A stretch of 57,812 nt of DNA from Candidatus Omnitrophota bacterium (lineage in GTDB: Bacteria > Omnitrophota > Gorgyraeia > 2-02-FULL-51-18), in contig CAMDWQ010000002.1 in assembly GCA_945877765.1 (NCBI GenBank), positions 80,464 to 138,275 of the forward strand. Reading direction: 5' to 3'. The notes under the pieces were generated by a model. The model was not told the origin of the DNA and made no database searches. It worked only from the letters and a program-made list of their open reading frames with translations. How positions within the stretch are numbered: position 1 is the first letter of the stretch; each line of letters opens with the position of its first letter. Below, piece after piece: positions 1-10,919 of the stretch. The translations under genes were made by a program, and so were the position numbers.

Positions 1-489
1 TTTGCAGGCCAAGAAGATATGGTCAGCGATATTTTTCAGGACGTGTTTCGTAAGATCTATGAAAAGAACAGCCTTCTGCTCTTAAAGGACGCCAACAACC
101 TTAAAAAATTTTTGATTGTTTTGTCCACGCACCAGACGCTGGACCATATCAAAAATATTTCGCGGATGGAGAAGAAAAACGTTTCTATCGATGAAGTTTC
201 TTTTGGCGGGCGCGCAGAGGCTGATTTAACCCCTGCAGTTGAAATTCAAGCTGCTTCATCGCCCGCCGAAAAAGTCAGCGAGCGCGAGAAACACTCGGCT
301 TTGTCGGAAGCGATTGAGTCGCTTCCTCCCCGAGAGCGTGCTTGCCTGGAATTTCATCTTTATGACGAGAAGACTCATCGTGAAATAGGGGAGCTATTGG
401 GTATCACGCAAGATACAGCCTCCTCGCTCGTTAGGCGAGCAAAGGAAAAGATTAAAGAAAAAATATCAAAAAAAGGCTTTTTATTTTGA
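1..489 (+). CDS. ECF-type (sigma-70 group 4) RNA polymerase sigma factor, 5'-truncated by the window edge
   Basis: Frame open from base 1. Region-2-like DIFQDVFRKIYE...KFLIVLSTHQTLDHIK; region-4 HTH LPPRERACLEFHLYDEKTHREIGELLGITQDTASSLVRRAKEKI. Confidence 0.85.
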   Translation, partial: FAGQEDMVSDIFQDVFRKIYEKNSLLLLKDANNLKKFLIVLSTHQTLDHIKNISRMEKKNVSIDEVSFGGRAEADLTPAVEIQAASSPAEKVSEREKHSALSEAIESLPPRERACLEFHLYDEKTHREIGELLGITQDTASSLVRRAKEKIKEKISKKGFLF

Positions 490-521
490 CGAAAACAGGG
501 GTCTGCGTCGTCAAGTAGAGT
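487..521 (+). promoter_or_regulatory. Putative ECF-sigma promoter, copy 1 (TGACGAAAA-N11-GTCGTC-N2-GTAGAGT)
   Basis: Starts on the sigma stop codon, just upstream of the anti-sigma RBS (GGAGG). TGACGA-N16-CGTC spacing as in TGAAAC-N16-CGT ECF promoters; 26/35 identical to 18938..18972. Confidence 0.6.
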
Positions 522-535
522 AGGGAGGGTTCACT

Positions 536-1123
536 ATGGATGCATTGGATAGAGAAATTAAGAATTATATCGCCGGTGAGCGTGCCGCCGTGGCGGTGTT
601 GGGCAAGCGTGGTGTGGATTTATATCCCACAGAGCACGATTTTTATCTTTTTTTAACCGATCGACTCGCGGGCGATGCGCTTGAAAAAATGCTCAGTCAT
701 TTAAAAACCTCGCCCGAGGATCAAGCGCTTGTCGTTACCGCCAGAAAACTTTTTTTAGCCATGGATGAGGCAAGTCAGGAAGTTGTGCCGGACGCGCTGT
801 TAAAAAAAGTACGACCAAAGGGTGCGGAAAATTTGTCAGCGCATTGCCCGCATTGTCAAAAAAGCATTACACCGTTTAAACGGCCCGCTTCAGAGCAAAA
901 AAAGTTAAATCTTTTGTGGCTGGCAGGCGGCCTTGCGTTGTTTTCACTTTCTTTTCTCATCCCGCGTTATTTTATCCAATGGGTGGCGCTGGGCGCTCTT
1001 TGTGTTCTTAAATGGATCGTGGATCAAAAATCCACCAAGACGCAGATCATGATATACAAGGCTCTAAAAGATGAAAACGAAGAGAAAACGCGTCATTTAC
1101 ATCGCGTCGACTCTAATTTATAA
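536..1123 (+). CDS. Putative membrane-anchored anti-sigma factor (degenerate zf-HC2-like region, CxxC, two TM helices)
   Basis: Directly follows the ECF sigma. PTEHDFYLFLTDRL...MLSHL resembles the ZAS/zf-HC2 helix without the cysteines; HCPHC; hydrophobic hairpin near the C-terminus. Confidence 0.55.
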   Translation: MDALDREIKNYIAGERAAVAVLGKRGVDLYPTEHDFYLFLTDRLAGDALEKMLSHLKTSPEDQALVVTARKLFLAMDEASQEVVPDALLKKVRPKGAENLSAHCPHCQKSITPFKRPASEQKKLNLLWLAGGLALFSLSFLIPRYFIQWVALGALCVLKWIVDQKSTKTQIMIYKALKDENEEKTRHLHRVDSNL

Positions 1124-1157
1124 TGGGGCACTCAAACTTTATTAATAGCAATTTTAT

Positions 1158-1235
1158 CGGGATGTAGCGCAGCTTGGCTAGCGCGCCGGGTTCGGGACTC
1201 GGAGGCCGTGGGTTCAAATCCCACCATCCCGACCA
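1158..1235 (+). tRNA. tRNA-Pro(CGG)
   Basis: Acceptor CGGGATG/CATCCCG, anticodon loop TTCGGGA, T-loop TTCAAAT, encoded 3' ACCA. Confidence 0.95.
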
Positions 1236-1241
1236 ATTTTT

Positions 1242-1652
1242 ATGAAAAAAAGCCACAGCGCCGGCGGGATTGTTTTAAATCCCAAAGGTCAAATTCTTGT
1301 AGTCAACCAAAACAACAATTCCTGGTCTTTGCCTAAAGGGCACATTGATCCGGGCGAGAGCGCTTTCCAGGCGGCTTGCCGCGAGATCGAAGAAGAGTCG
1401 GGTGTGTCCAGAGTTGAGCTTGTACGCGAGCTGGGGACTTACGAACGTTATAAGATCGGGCTCGACGGCAAGGACGATCTCACAGAGCTAAAGATCCTCA
1501 CTTTTTTTCTATTTCGCACCACTCAGACCAGACTCCGGCCCATCGACCCACAAAACCCAGAAGCGCGCTGGGTGAATAAAGACGAAGTGGCTAAGCTTTT
1601 GACTCACCCCAAAGACCGGGAATTTTTTCTTCAAGCCTCGAAGGAGCTCTAG
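1242..1652 (+). CDS. NUDIX hydrolase
   Basis: Nudix box GHIDPGESAFQAACREIEEESGV. Confidence 0.92.
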   Translation: MKKSHSAGGIVLNPKGQILVVNQNNNSWSLPKGHIDPGESAFQAACREIEEESGVSRVELVRELGTYERYKIGLDGKDDLTELKILTFFLFRTTQTRLRPIDPQNPEARWVNKDEVAKLLTHPKDREFFLQASKEL

Positions 1653-1656
1653 CCGG

Positions 1657-2127
1657 ATGGAAGCTCTTTTTTGCTCCTCACCGATAGGCATGCTTAAAAT
1701 TTCGTCCCGGAATGGGAGAGTTGTTTCTCTCGGAGTTGTTTCGGTGCCAGTTAAGGGGGCCGCCTCTGTATCCACAATGCTAAAAAAGGCAAAAAAAGAA
1801 ATTGAGGCCTATTTTGCTGGCAAGCGTAAAAAATTTTCGGTGCCTCTGGAGGTTTGCGGCACAGAGTTTCAGAAAAAAGTTTGGAAGGCGCTCTTAAAAA
1901 TTCCGTACGGGAAAACAAAGACCTATCAGCAGATAGCCGCTGCAGTCCGTCGTCCGAGAGCCGTACGCGCGGCAGCAAACGCTATTGGCGCCAACCCTCT
2001 TTGCATCTTAGTTCCTTGCCACCGCGTGATTGGTTCCGACGGCTCCTTAAAAGGCTATGCCTACGGCGCTGATAGAAAAAGGGCTCTTCTTCGCCTGGAG
2101 AAAGTACTTTTGCCCGGAGTTTTGTAA
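1657..2127 (+). CDS. ogt: Methylated-DNA--protein-cysteine methyltransferase
   Basis: GTEFQKKVWKAL...IPYG.T.TY...AVRAAANAIGANP...VPCHRVIG active-site motif. Confidence 0.95.
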   Translation: MEALFCSSPIGMLKISSRNGRVVSLGVVSVPVKGAASVSTMLKKAKKEIEAYFAGKRKKFSVPLEVCGTEFQKKVWKALLKIPYGKTKTYQQIAAAVRRPRAVRAAANAIGANPLCILVPCHRVIGSDGSLKGYAYGADRKRALLRLEKVLLPGVL

Positions 2128-2140
2128 TATAATACAGAGC

Positions 2141-4484
<2,344 letters not shown>

Positions 4485-4503
4485 CCGTTACCAAGGAGTT
4501 TTG

Positions 4504-5055
4504 ATGAAGAATAAAGCCCTTTATTTGCTATTGGCAGTCTCTGTTTTTTATATGACTGGCTGTGAGACAGTTCAGAGAAAATTTACGCCCAAAAAGAAAA
4601 CGCCCAGCCACGTGGCGTCCTCGATTTTTTTTGAAGAGGGGGCTTATCAAAAAAAGTTTTCCAATGACTACTACTACAAGACGCACTACACACTATGGCG
4701 GACTTGGCATGATGAACTTTTGCAGAGTCTTGGCGGTAATGACAAGAAGGCCAATCGTGCGGCCGAGGAAGCTGTGGGTAATCTTCAGCAGATGCAGCAG
4801 TACCTCGTGCCGGACAAATTTGCCCAATTGCAAATCATTATCAATGACCTGGAGGCCGTGATCAAAAGAATGGACCAAGCAAGCGGCACTTCGCAGATCG
4901 GGCCGTTCCGAACAGAGCTTGAGCGAATCCGCCGGGCTGTTGGCAATGATTTTTACTACGACAAGGTCAAGGAAAGTCTTTTGGCGGATAAGGTGGATTT
5001 GGGAAATCAAGATGAAGGTAAGGCTTCCGAGCCGGTTACTCCCGAAGCCGCATGA
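4504..5055 (+). CDS. Hypothetical lipoprotein
   Basis: AAGGAG RBS; basic N-terminus, hydrophobic stretch, lipobox-like MTG-C; helical body; stop overlaps the xerD start (ATGA). Confidence 0.7.
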   Translation: MKNKALYLLLAVSVFYMTGCETVQRKFTPKKKTPSHVASSIFFEEGAYQKKFSNDYYYKTHYTLWRTWHDELLQSLGGNDKKANRAAEEAVGNLQQMQQYLVPDKFAQLQIIINDLEAVIKRMDQASGTSQIGPFRTELERIRRAVGNDFYYDKVKESLLADKVDLGNQDEGKASEPVTPEAA

Positions 5056-5939
5056 CCGAGCTTGTCGGTCTTTTTCTGGACAGCCTTTCCATTGAGAAGG
5101 GCCTCTCGAAAAATACGACAATTTCCTACGGAAGGGATTTGCGCCGCTACGTTCTTTTTTTTAAAAAAAATGGAGTGGCGACACCCTCGGCGGTAACACG
5201 GAAAGAAATCATGGATTTCCTGCTCAACGAGAGGGACCGTGAGCTTTCGCCCGTGTCGGTGGCGCGCGAACTTGTCGCGATACGGATGTTTCATCGTTTT
5301 TTGGTTGCCGAAGGAAAATTGAGCGAAGACGTCACCGAAAGTCTTGAGGCTCCCAAACTCTTCAAGCATCTGCCGGACGTTTTGAGCGCCAAAGAGGTGG
5401 AGGTGCTTCTGGAGTCGCCCAACACTCGGCAGCCGCAAGGAATACGCGACAGGGCGGTTTTAGAATTTATGTACGCGACAGGTTCACGTGCCAGTGAAGT
5501 TTCAACGGTCAAGCTAGGGTCTGTTAATTTCGAGACTGGCTATGCGCGCATCCGCGGCAAGGGCGAAAAAGAGCGCCTAGTGCCTCTGGGGAGCATGGCA
5601 AAAAAAAGTTTGAAGCGTTATCTGGAAGCCGTTCGCACCCGCTGGCTCCAGGGAAAAACAGAAGAAGCTCTTTTTTTGACGCGGCAAGGCAAGAAGATGT
5701 CACGCCAAGCGGTGTGGGCAATTTTAAAGAAATACGCTAAAATCGCGGGCTTGCGCAAAGATGTGTATCCGCACACGCTAAGGCATTCCTTTGCCACGCA
5801 CCTTTTAGAAGGCGGGGCAGATTTGCGGGTGGTTCAAGAGCTGTTGGGGCACTCGGATATATCAACGACACAAATTTACACGCACGTCGAAAAATCGAGG
5901 TTAAAATCGATTCACGCGAAATTTCATCCGCGAGGGTGA
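5052..5939 (+). CDS. xerD: Site-specific tyrosine recombinase XerD
   Basis: RDRAVLEFMYATG.R, GKGEKERLVP, HTLRHSFATHLLEGGADLRVVQELLGHSDISTTQIYTHV. Confidence 0.93.
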   Translation: MTELVGLFLDSLSIEKGLSKNTTISYGRDLRRYVLFFKKNGVATPSAVTRKEIMDFLLNERDRELSPVSVARELVAIRMFHRFLVAEGKLSEDVTESLEAPKLFKHLPDVLSAKEVEVLLESPNTRQPQGIRDRAVLEFMYATGSRASEVSTVKLGSVNFETGYARIRGKGEKERLVPLGSMAKKSLKRYLEAVRTRWLQGKTEEALFLTRQGKKMSRQAVWAILKKYAKIAGLRKDVYPHTLRHSFATHLLEGGADLRVVQELLGHSDISTTQIYTHVEKSRLKSIHAKFHPRG

Positions 5940-5951
5940 AGAAGGTAAAAA

Positions 5952-6320
5952 ATGTCACAGCGCCAAAATCAAGTCGCCGAAGAATTACGTAAAATTATTA
6001 GCAGGATTTTTTTGGAAGATCTTACCGATCCGAGGTTGGGGTTTGTCACCATCACGCGCACCGAGATTACACCTGACTTAAAATATGCAAAAGTATTTTA
6101 CAGTGTGCTTGGCGATGAAATACAGAAAAAAACTACCTCGGAGGCGATCGCTGAGTACTCCGGCCGCATTCGAAAAATGGCTGTCGAGAGAATCAATATG
6201 AAATTTGCGATGGATTTGCGTTTTGAGTTGGACCCCTCCATTGAAGCCAGTTTTAAATTGGGTGAAATTTTCAAAAAGATTCATGAAGGTCAAAAAGCCG
6301 AAGAAGAGCCAAAAGAGTAG
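5952..6320 (+). CDS. rbfA: Ribosome-binding factor A
   Basis: DPRLGFVTITRTEITPDLKYAKVFYS, LRFELDPSIE. Confidence 0.92.
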   Translation: MSQRQNQVAEELRKIISRIFLEDLTDPRLGFVTITRTEITPDLKYAKVFYSVLGDEIQKKTTSEAIAEYSGRIRKMAVERINMKFAMDLRFELDPSIEASFKLGEIFKKIHEGQKAEEEPKE

Positions 6321-6325
6321 CTTTT

Positions 6326-7018
6326 ATGGATGGAATTTTATTATTTAATAAGCCGATATTGTGGACCAGTCATGATGCGGTCGATTTCGTTCGGCGTAAA
6401 GCAGGGCAGCGGTCAGTGGGTCATGCGGGCACGCTGGATCCTTTGGCGACGGGTCTGCTCCTGATTCTGCTGGGCAAAGGGACCAAGCGCTCCGACGAGC
6501 TGATGGGGCTGGACAAATCCTATGAAGGGACCATTCTTTTTGGGGTTGAAACCGATAGTTATGATTTGGATGGCAAGATTCAAAAATGGAATGATGGCGC
6601 TGGCTTGACCCAAGATCAGGTGTCTAAGGTTTTTGAATGTTTTACCGGAAAAATCTCCCAGATGCCGCCCGTTTTTTCGGCACTGAAAATAAATGGTAAA
6701 AAATCGTATGAGTTAGCTCGCACAGGAGAATCGGTATTGCTCAAAAGCCGCGAAGTCACCATCACGGATCTTTGTTTGAATTATTTTTATGAAAATGAAG
6801 CGGCTTTTTCTTTGTCTTGTTCAAAAGGAACCTACGTACGCTCGTTAGCGCATGATGCGGGGGAAAAACTCGGATGCGGGGGAGTGCTGTCTTCTCTTGT
6901 TCGTACGCGTATCGGTTCTTTTGATTTGAGCAAGGCGCTCTCTCAATTAGATCTTCAAACGATGACTCCAAAACAAATGGAAGAAAGCATATCCTGTGAA
7001 AATTTATTACGGGCCTGA
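6326..7018 (+). CDS. truB: tRNA pseudouridine(55) synthase (short form, no PUA domain)
   Basis: GHAGTLDPLATG, QMPPVFSALK.NGKKSYELAR, CSKGTYVRSLAHD. Confidence 0.95.
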   Translation: MDGILLFNKPILWTSHDAVDFVRRKAGQRSVGHAGTLDPLATGLLLILLGKGTKRSDELMGLDKSYEGTILFGVETDSYDLDGKIQKWNDGAGLTQDQVSKVFECFTGKISQMPPVFSALKINGKKSYELARTGESVLLKSREVTITDLCLNYFYENEAAFSLSCSKGTYVRSLAHDAGEKLGCGGVLSSLVRTRIGSFDLSKALSQLDLQTMTPKQMEESISCENLLRA

Positions 7019-7916
7019 CGATAAATCGCTTGCATCGCAAAAACGCGCGCTGGCGATCGGCGTGTTTGACGGAGTTCACTTGGGCCACCAGAAAATCTTG
7101 TCGCACATGATTGTCGATGCCAAAAAACACAACATCCCCTCTATGGTGGTGACGTTTGATCCACATCCTGCCAAGGTGTTGGCGCCCAAAAAATTTCAGC
7201 CATCCATCTTGATGTCGCTCGAACACCGGCTAAGCTTTTTTGCCTCCCTTGGCATTCAGGAGACGCTGGTGATCCCGTTTACGATGGATTTTTCAAAAAT
7301 TACCCGTGAAGATTTTTTTATTCAACTGCTGATCCAGAAGCTCGGCCTTCAGTCTTTGAGTGTGGGCCGCGATTTTCATTTTGGACACAAAGGGCTAGGG
7401 AGCGCGTCGTTTCTCAAAGACAAATGCAAAATGTTTCACCGACGTTTTTTTATGGTCCCGGCACTTAAATCAGCCGGTACGGTGATTTCAAGTACGCGTA
7501 TTCGTGTTTTGATTGAAAAAGGGGATCTCAAAAAGGCCTCTGAAATGTTGGGCCGCCCCGTCTCCGTGGTGGGGACGGTGGAACATGGCCACGGCCGCGG
7601 GAAATCTATCGGTTTTCCTACCGCCAACTTAAACCCGCACCACGAGGCCTTGCCGCCGGCGGGTGTTTACGCGGCGAATGGTTATTTAGAAAAAAAGAAG
7701 CTTCGGGGCGTCATTTCAATTGGGCCAAAACCAACATTTGGAGACAGCAACAAAGGCCTCGAAGTTCATTTTTTAAAATTTAACCAGAATATCTATGGCC
7801 GGAAAATCGAGCTTCTATTTGTCAAGAGACTTAGGGATATCCAGCGTTTTGCGACACCAGAGCTTCTGGGCAAGGCGATAGCGCGTGACATCAAATCTGC
7901 TCAGAAGATACTCTAA
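6996..7916 (+). CDS. ribF: Bifunctional riboflavin kinase/FAD synthetase
   Basis: GVFDGVHLGHQ, ISSTRIR, GRGKSIGFPTANL, EVH. Confidence 0.96.
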   Translation: MKIYYGPDDKSLASQKRALAIGVFDGVHLGHQKILSHMIVDAKKHNIPSMVVTFDPHPAKVLAPKKFQPSILMSLEHRLSFFASLGIQETLVIPFTMDFSKITREDFFIQLLIQKLGLQSLSVGRDFHFGHKGLGSASFLKDKCKMFHRRFFMVPALKSAGTVISSTRIRVLIEKGDLKKASEMLGRPVSVVGTVEHGHGRGKSIGFPTANLNPHHEALPPAGVYAANGYLEKKKLRGVISIGPKPTFGDSNKGLEVHFLKFNQNIYGRKIELLFVKRLRDIQRFATPELLGKAIARDIKSAQKIL

Positions 7917-7921
7917 TTTTC

Positions 7922-7950
7922 TTTACATTGCTTTCCTAGCCCAGTATAAT
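7922..7950 (+). promoter_or_regulatory. Sigma70-type promoter for rpsO-pnp
   Basis: TTTACA-N17-TATAAT. Confidence 0.75.
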
Positions 7951-7966
7951 ATCTCTAACTAACAGT

Positions 7967-8059
7967 AACCCCCCACTTGCAAAAATTTTGTTTTTTGCTG
8001 TAAGTGTCTGTAAATAATAATTTTAGGTCTTACTTGAAAAAGCTTCGCAAGGGTGGGTT
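7967..8059 (+). ncRNA. Structured rpsO 5' leader (candidate S15 autoregulatory element)
   Basis: AACCCCCCACTTGC (7967-7980) pairs with GCAAGGGTGGGTT (8047-8059), enclosing AAAAA/TTTTT and GTAAG/CTTAC helices. Confidence 0.5.
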
Positions 8060-8083
8060 CATCAACCAGGAGAATTAAATAGC

Positions 8084-8353
8084 ATGTCCTTACCAAAAGA
8101 AAAGAAACAAGAAGTCATCCAGAAGCACCGCGTCCACGATAAGGACACCGGCTCCGCTTTTGTTCAGGTAGCAGTTCTAACCGAGAGAATCAACAGCCTC
8201 GGAGGCCATTTCAAAGCCCACGTGAAGGATAATCATTCACGCCGCGGCCTTTTGAAAATGGTGTCTTTGCGCCGCAAACTCCTCAACTATCTCAAACGCG
8301 AAGACGAAACCGCCTACTTCAAGCTGATTGAACAGCTTGATCTCAGAAAGTAA
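8084..8353 (+). CDS. rpsO: 30S ribosomal protein S15
   Basis: [40 protein letters not shown]. Confidence 0.97.
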   Translation: MSLPKEKKQEVIQKHRVHDKDTGSAFVQVAVLTERINSLGGHFKAHVKDNHSRRGLLKMVSLRRKLLNYLKREDETAYFKLIEQLDLRK

Positions 8354-8360
8354 AATTCAC

Positions 8361-10511
8361 ATGAAACAATTTAATATTAAGATCGGCGAAAAGCCGATGA
8401 GCTTTGAAACTGGCCGTATGGCCAAGCAAGCCGATGGAGCTGTTTTGGCTCAATTGGGTGAAACCGTTGTGCTCGTGGCTGTTTGCGGTAATCGCCAGCC
8501 CAAAGAGGGGACCGATTTTTTTCCTCTCTCTTGTGATTACACCGAAAAAGCGTATGCCGGCGGGAAGATTCCCGGCGGTTATTTTAAGCGTGAAGGAAAA
8601 GCCACGGAAAAAGAGACGCTCACTTCACGATTAATCGACCGTCCGATCCGTCCGCTGTTTCCTGAGGGCTATTTTAGTGAAGTGCAGGTCACCGCGACCG
8701 TTCTTTCCAGTGACAAGGAAAACAACGCTGATATTCTTGCGATCAACGCCGCCTCCGCGGCTCTGATGATTTCCGGCCTTCCTTACATGGGCCCCATGGC
8801 TGCCGCGCGCGTAGGTGAGGTGGAAGGGAAGTTTATTTTAAACCCGACGTATGCGGAGCTTGAAACCAGCACGATGGACATTGTGGTGGCAACGACAGAG
8901 CGCGGCATCATCATGATTGAAGCCGGAGCGAGCATTGTTGATGAAAAACGCTTGGTGGAAGCATTTGAGTTTGCCGTCGAAGCTTTGAAGCCGCTATTGA
9001 AACTTCAAAAAGAAATGAAAGCTGCTGTCGGGAAAGCCGATATCAAAACGGTGGTTTATACCCTTCCTGAGGGTTTGCAAGAAAAAGTTACCAAGCTAGC
9101 TTCTGCAGGGATTGATAAAATCAATCACAACGAAAAGACCAAAGAAAGCCGCGATGCAGCCCTGAAAACTCTTTCCGCCGAAGTAGCCGCTAAAGTGATT
9201 ACCGAAGGTTCGGGGATCACCGAAAAGCAGTTGGCGTATGCGTTTCATGAGGTGGAGAAGGAAGAAGTTCGCACGTTTATTGTGGACAAAGGTCTTCGTA
9301 CTGACGGACGTAAGCACAGCGAAATTCGGCCGATTACCTGTGAGATTGGTGTTCTTCCCCGCACGCACGGATCGGCACTTTTTACTCGCGGCCAGACGCA
9401 GTCTTTGGGCGTTGTGACGCTGGGGACCAACGAAGATGAGCAGATGATTGATGCGATTGAAGGCAATGTGTTTAAGTCTTTCATGCTGCATTATAATTTC
9501 CCCTCTTACTCGGTAGGCGAAATCAAACCTAATCGCGGACCTGGACGCCGGGAAATCGGTCACGGGGCACTCGCCGAACGAGGTCTTCGTCCTGTACTTC
9601 CATCAAAAGAAGATTTTCCTTATACGATTCGCTTTGTCTCTGAGATTTTGGAATCCAATGGATCTTCTAGTATGGCCACGGTTTGCTCAGGCTCTTTGGG
9701 CTTGATGGATGCCGGCGTGCCATTAAAAGCACCAGTAAGCGGTATTGCCATGGGTCTGGTGAAGCACAAGGACCGCATTGCAATTCTTTCTGATATTGCG
9801 GGCGTTGAGGATCATTTGGGAGATATGGATTTTAAAGTCACGGGGACTTCGGTCGGCGTGACCGCTATTCAGCTGGATCTTAAGTTGAAAGATTCTTTGG
9901 ATGTGGCAACGTTGGCTCGTGCCCTTGAGCAAGCCAAAGAAGGCCGTCTTCATATTTTAAAGAAGATGACCGATTTAATTTCGGTAAACAAGCCTGAACT
10001 TTCAGCGTTTGCGCCTCGCATCACCACGATAAAAATAGATCCGGACAAAATCCGAGAGGTCATCGGGCCTGGTGGAAAAATGATTCGCAAGATTACCGCT
10101 GAATCAGGGGCTTCGATTGAGGTTGAGGACGATGGGACGGTCCGCATCGCATCTGCTGACGGTGAAGCCACCAAGCGTGCGCTTGAGATGCTTGGTTTTA
10201 TTACGGCAGAAGCCGAAGTCGGCAAGATTTATGACGCGACAGTGATGCGCTTGATGGCGTTTGGCGCATTCTGTGAGATTATGCCGGGCAAGGAAGGTCT
10301 TGTCCATATCTCCGAACTTGACGAGAAGCGCGTTGAAACTGTTGAAGGCTATCTCAAGGTAGGCGATAAGATCCGCGTGAAAGTCATTGAGGTTGATTCC
10401 CAGGGACGTGTCAATCTTTCAAAAAAACAAGCTAGTTCTGATGCACCACCAGTAGTTTCAAGGCGCAGTGAAAACGGTAAAGGTCCTCGTCCAAAGAAGT
10501 CCTGGAACTAA
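8361..10511 (+). CDS. pnp: Polyribonucleotide nucleotidyltransferase
   Basis: [33 protein letters not shown] and S1 domains; start reassigned to ATG 8361. Confidence 0.98.
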   Translation: MKQFNIKIGEKPMSFETGRMAKQADGAVLAQLGETVVLVAVCGNRQPKEGTDFFPLSCDYTEKAYAGGKIPGGYFKREGKATEKETLTSRLIDRPIRPLFPEGYFSEVQVTATVLSSDKENNADILAINAASAALMISGLPYMGPMAAARVGEVEGKFILNPTYAELETSTMDIVVATTERGIIMIEAGASIVDEKRLVEAFEFAVEALKPLLKLQKEMKAAVGKADIKTVVYTLPEGLQEKVTKLASAGIDKINHNEKTKESRDAALKTLSAEVAAKVITEGSGITEKQLAYAFHEVEKEEVRTFIVDKGLRTDGRKHSEIRPITCEIGVLPRTHGSALFTRGQTQSLGVVTLGTNEDEQMIDAIEGNVFKSFMLHYNFPSYSVGEIKPNRGPGRREIGHGALAERGLRPVLPSKEDFPYTIRFVSEILESNGSSSMATVCSGSLGLMDAGVPLKAPVSGIAMGLVKHKDRIAILSDIAGVEDHLGDMDFKVTGTSVGVTAIQLDLKLKDSLDVATLARALEQAKEGRLHILKKMTDLISVNKPELSAFAPRITTIKIDPDKIREVIGPGGKMIRKITAESGASIEVEDDGTVRIASADGEATKRALEMLGFITAEAEVGKIYDATVMRLMAFGAFCEIMPGKEGLVHISELDEKRVETVEGYLKVGDKIRVKVIEVDSQGRVNLSKKQASSDAPPVVSRRSENGKGPRPKKSWN

Positions 10512-10917
10512 CGATCTTCCGATGCCGGCCTACATGTCGGCCGGTGCCGCGGGAATGGATCTTTACGCGGACGTTCGGGAGGACGTAATTTTGAATCCCG
10601 GTGAAATCAAATTGATTTCTACCGGGATTCATATTGCTTTGCCCGAAGGTTATGAAGCCCAAATTCGACCCCGCAGCGGACTGGCACTCAAACATGGCAT
10701 TACCATGGTCAATACCCCGGGCACAATCGACAGCGATTATCGCGGGCTTATTTCCCTTATTCTCACTAATCTCGGAAGAGAGGCCTATGTGATCAAGCGT
10801 GGGGCACGCATGGCGCAAATGGTCCTGGGCGAAGTGATTCGGGCTGAGTTTGAACTTGTCCAGGAGCTTAATGACACCGCGCGAGCCCACGGTGGTTTTG
10901 GGCACACGGGAGTCTGA
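10468..10917 (+). CDS. dut: dUTP diphosphatase
   Basis: [34 protein letters not shown]; GTG start overlaps pnp by 44 nt. Confidence 0.95.
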   Translation: MKTVKVLVQRSPGTNDLPMPAYMSAGAAGMDLYADVREDVILNPGEIKLISTGIHIALPEGYEAQIRPRSGLALKHGITMVNTPGTIDSDYRGLISLILTNLGREAYVIKRGARMAQMVLGEVIRAEFELVQELNDTARAHGGFGHTGV

Positions 10918-10919
10918 GT

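Noticed and set aside
5052-5939. Tyrosine recombinase as a phage or island integrase
   Set aside because: Typical XerD length and motifs, embedded among core genes; no att-like duplication of either tRNA-Pro 3' end noticed; no dif-like site recognised.
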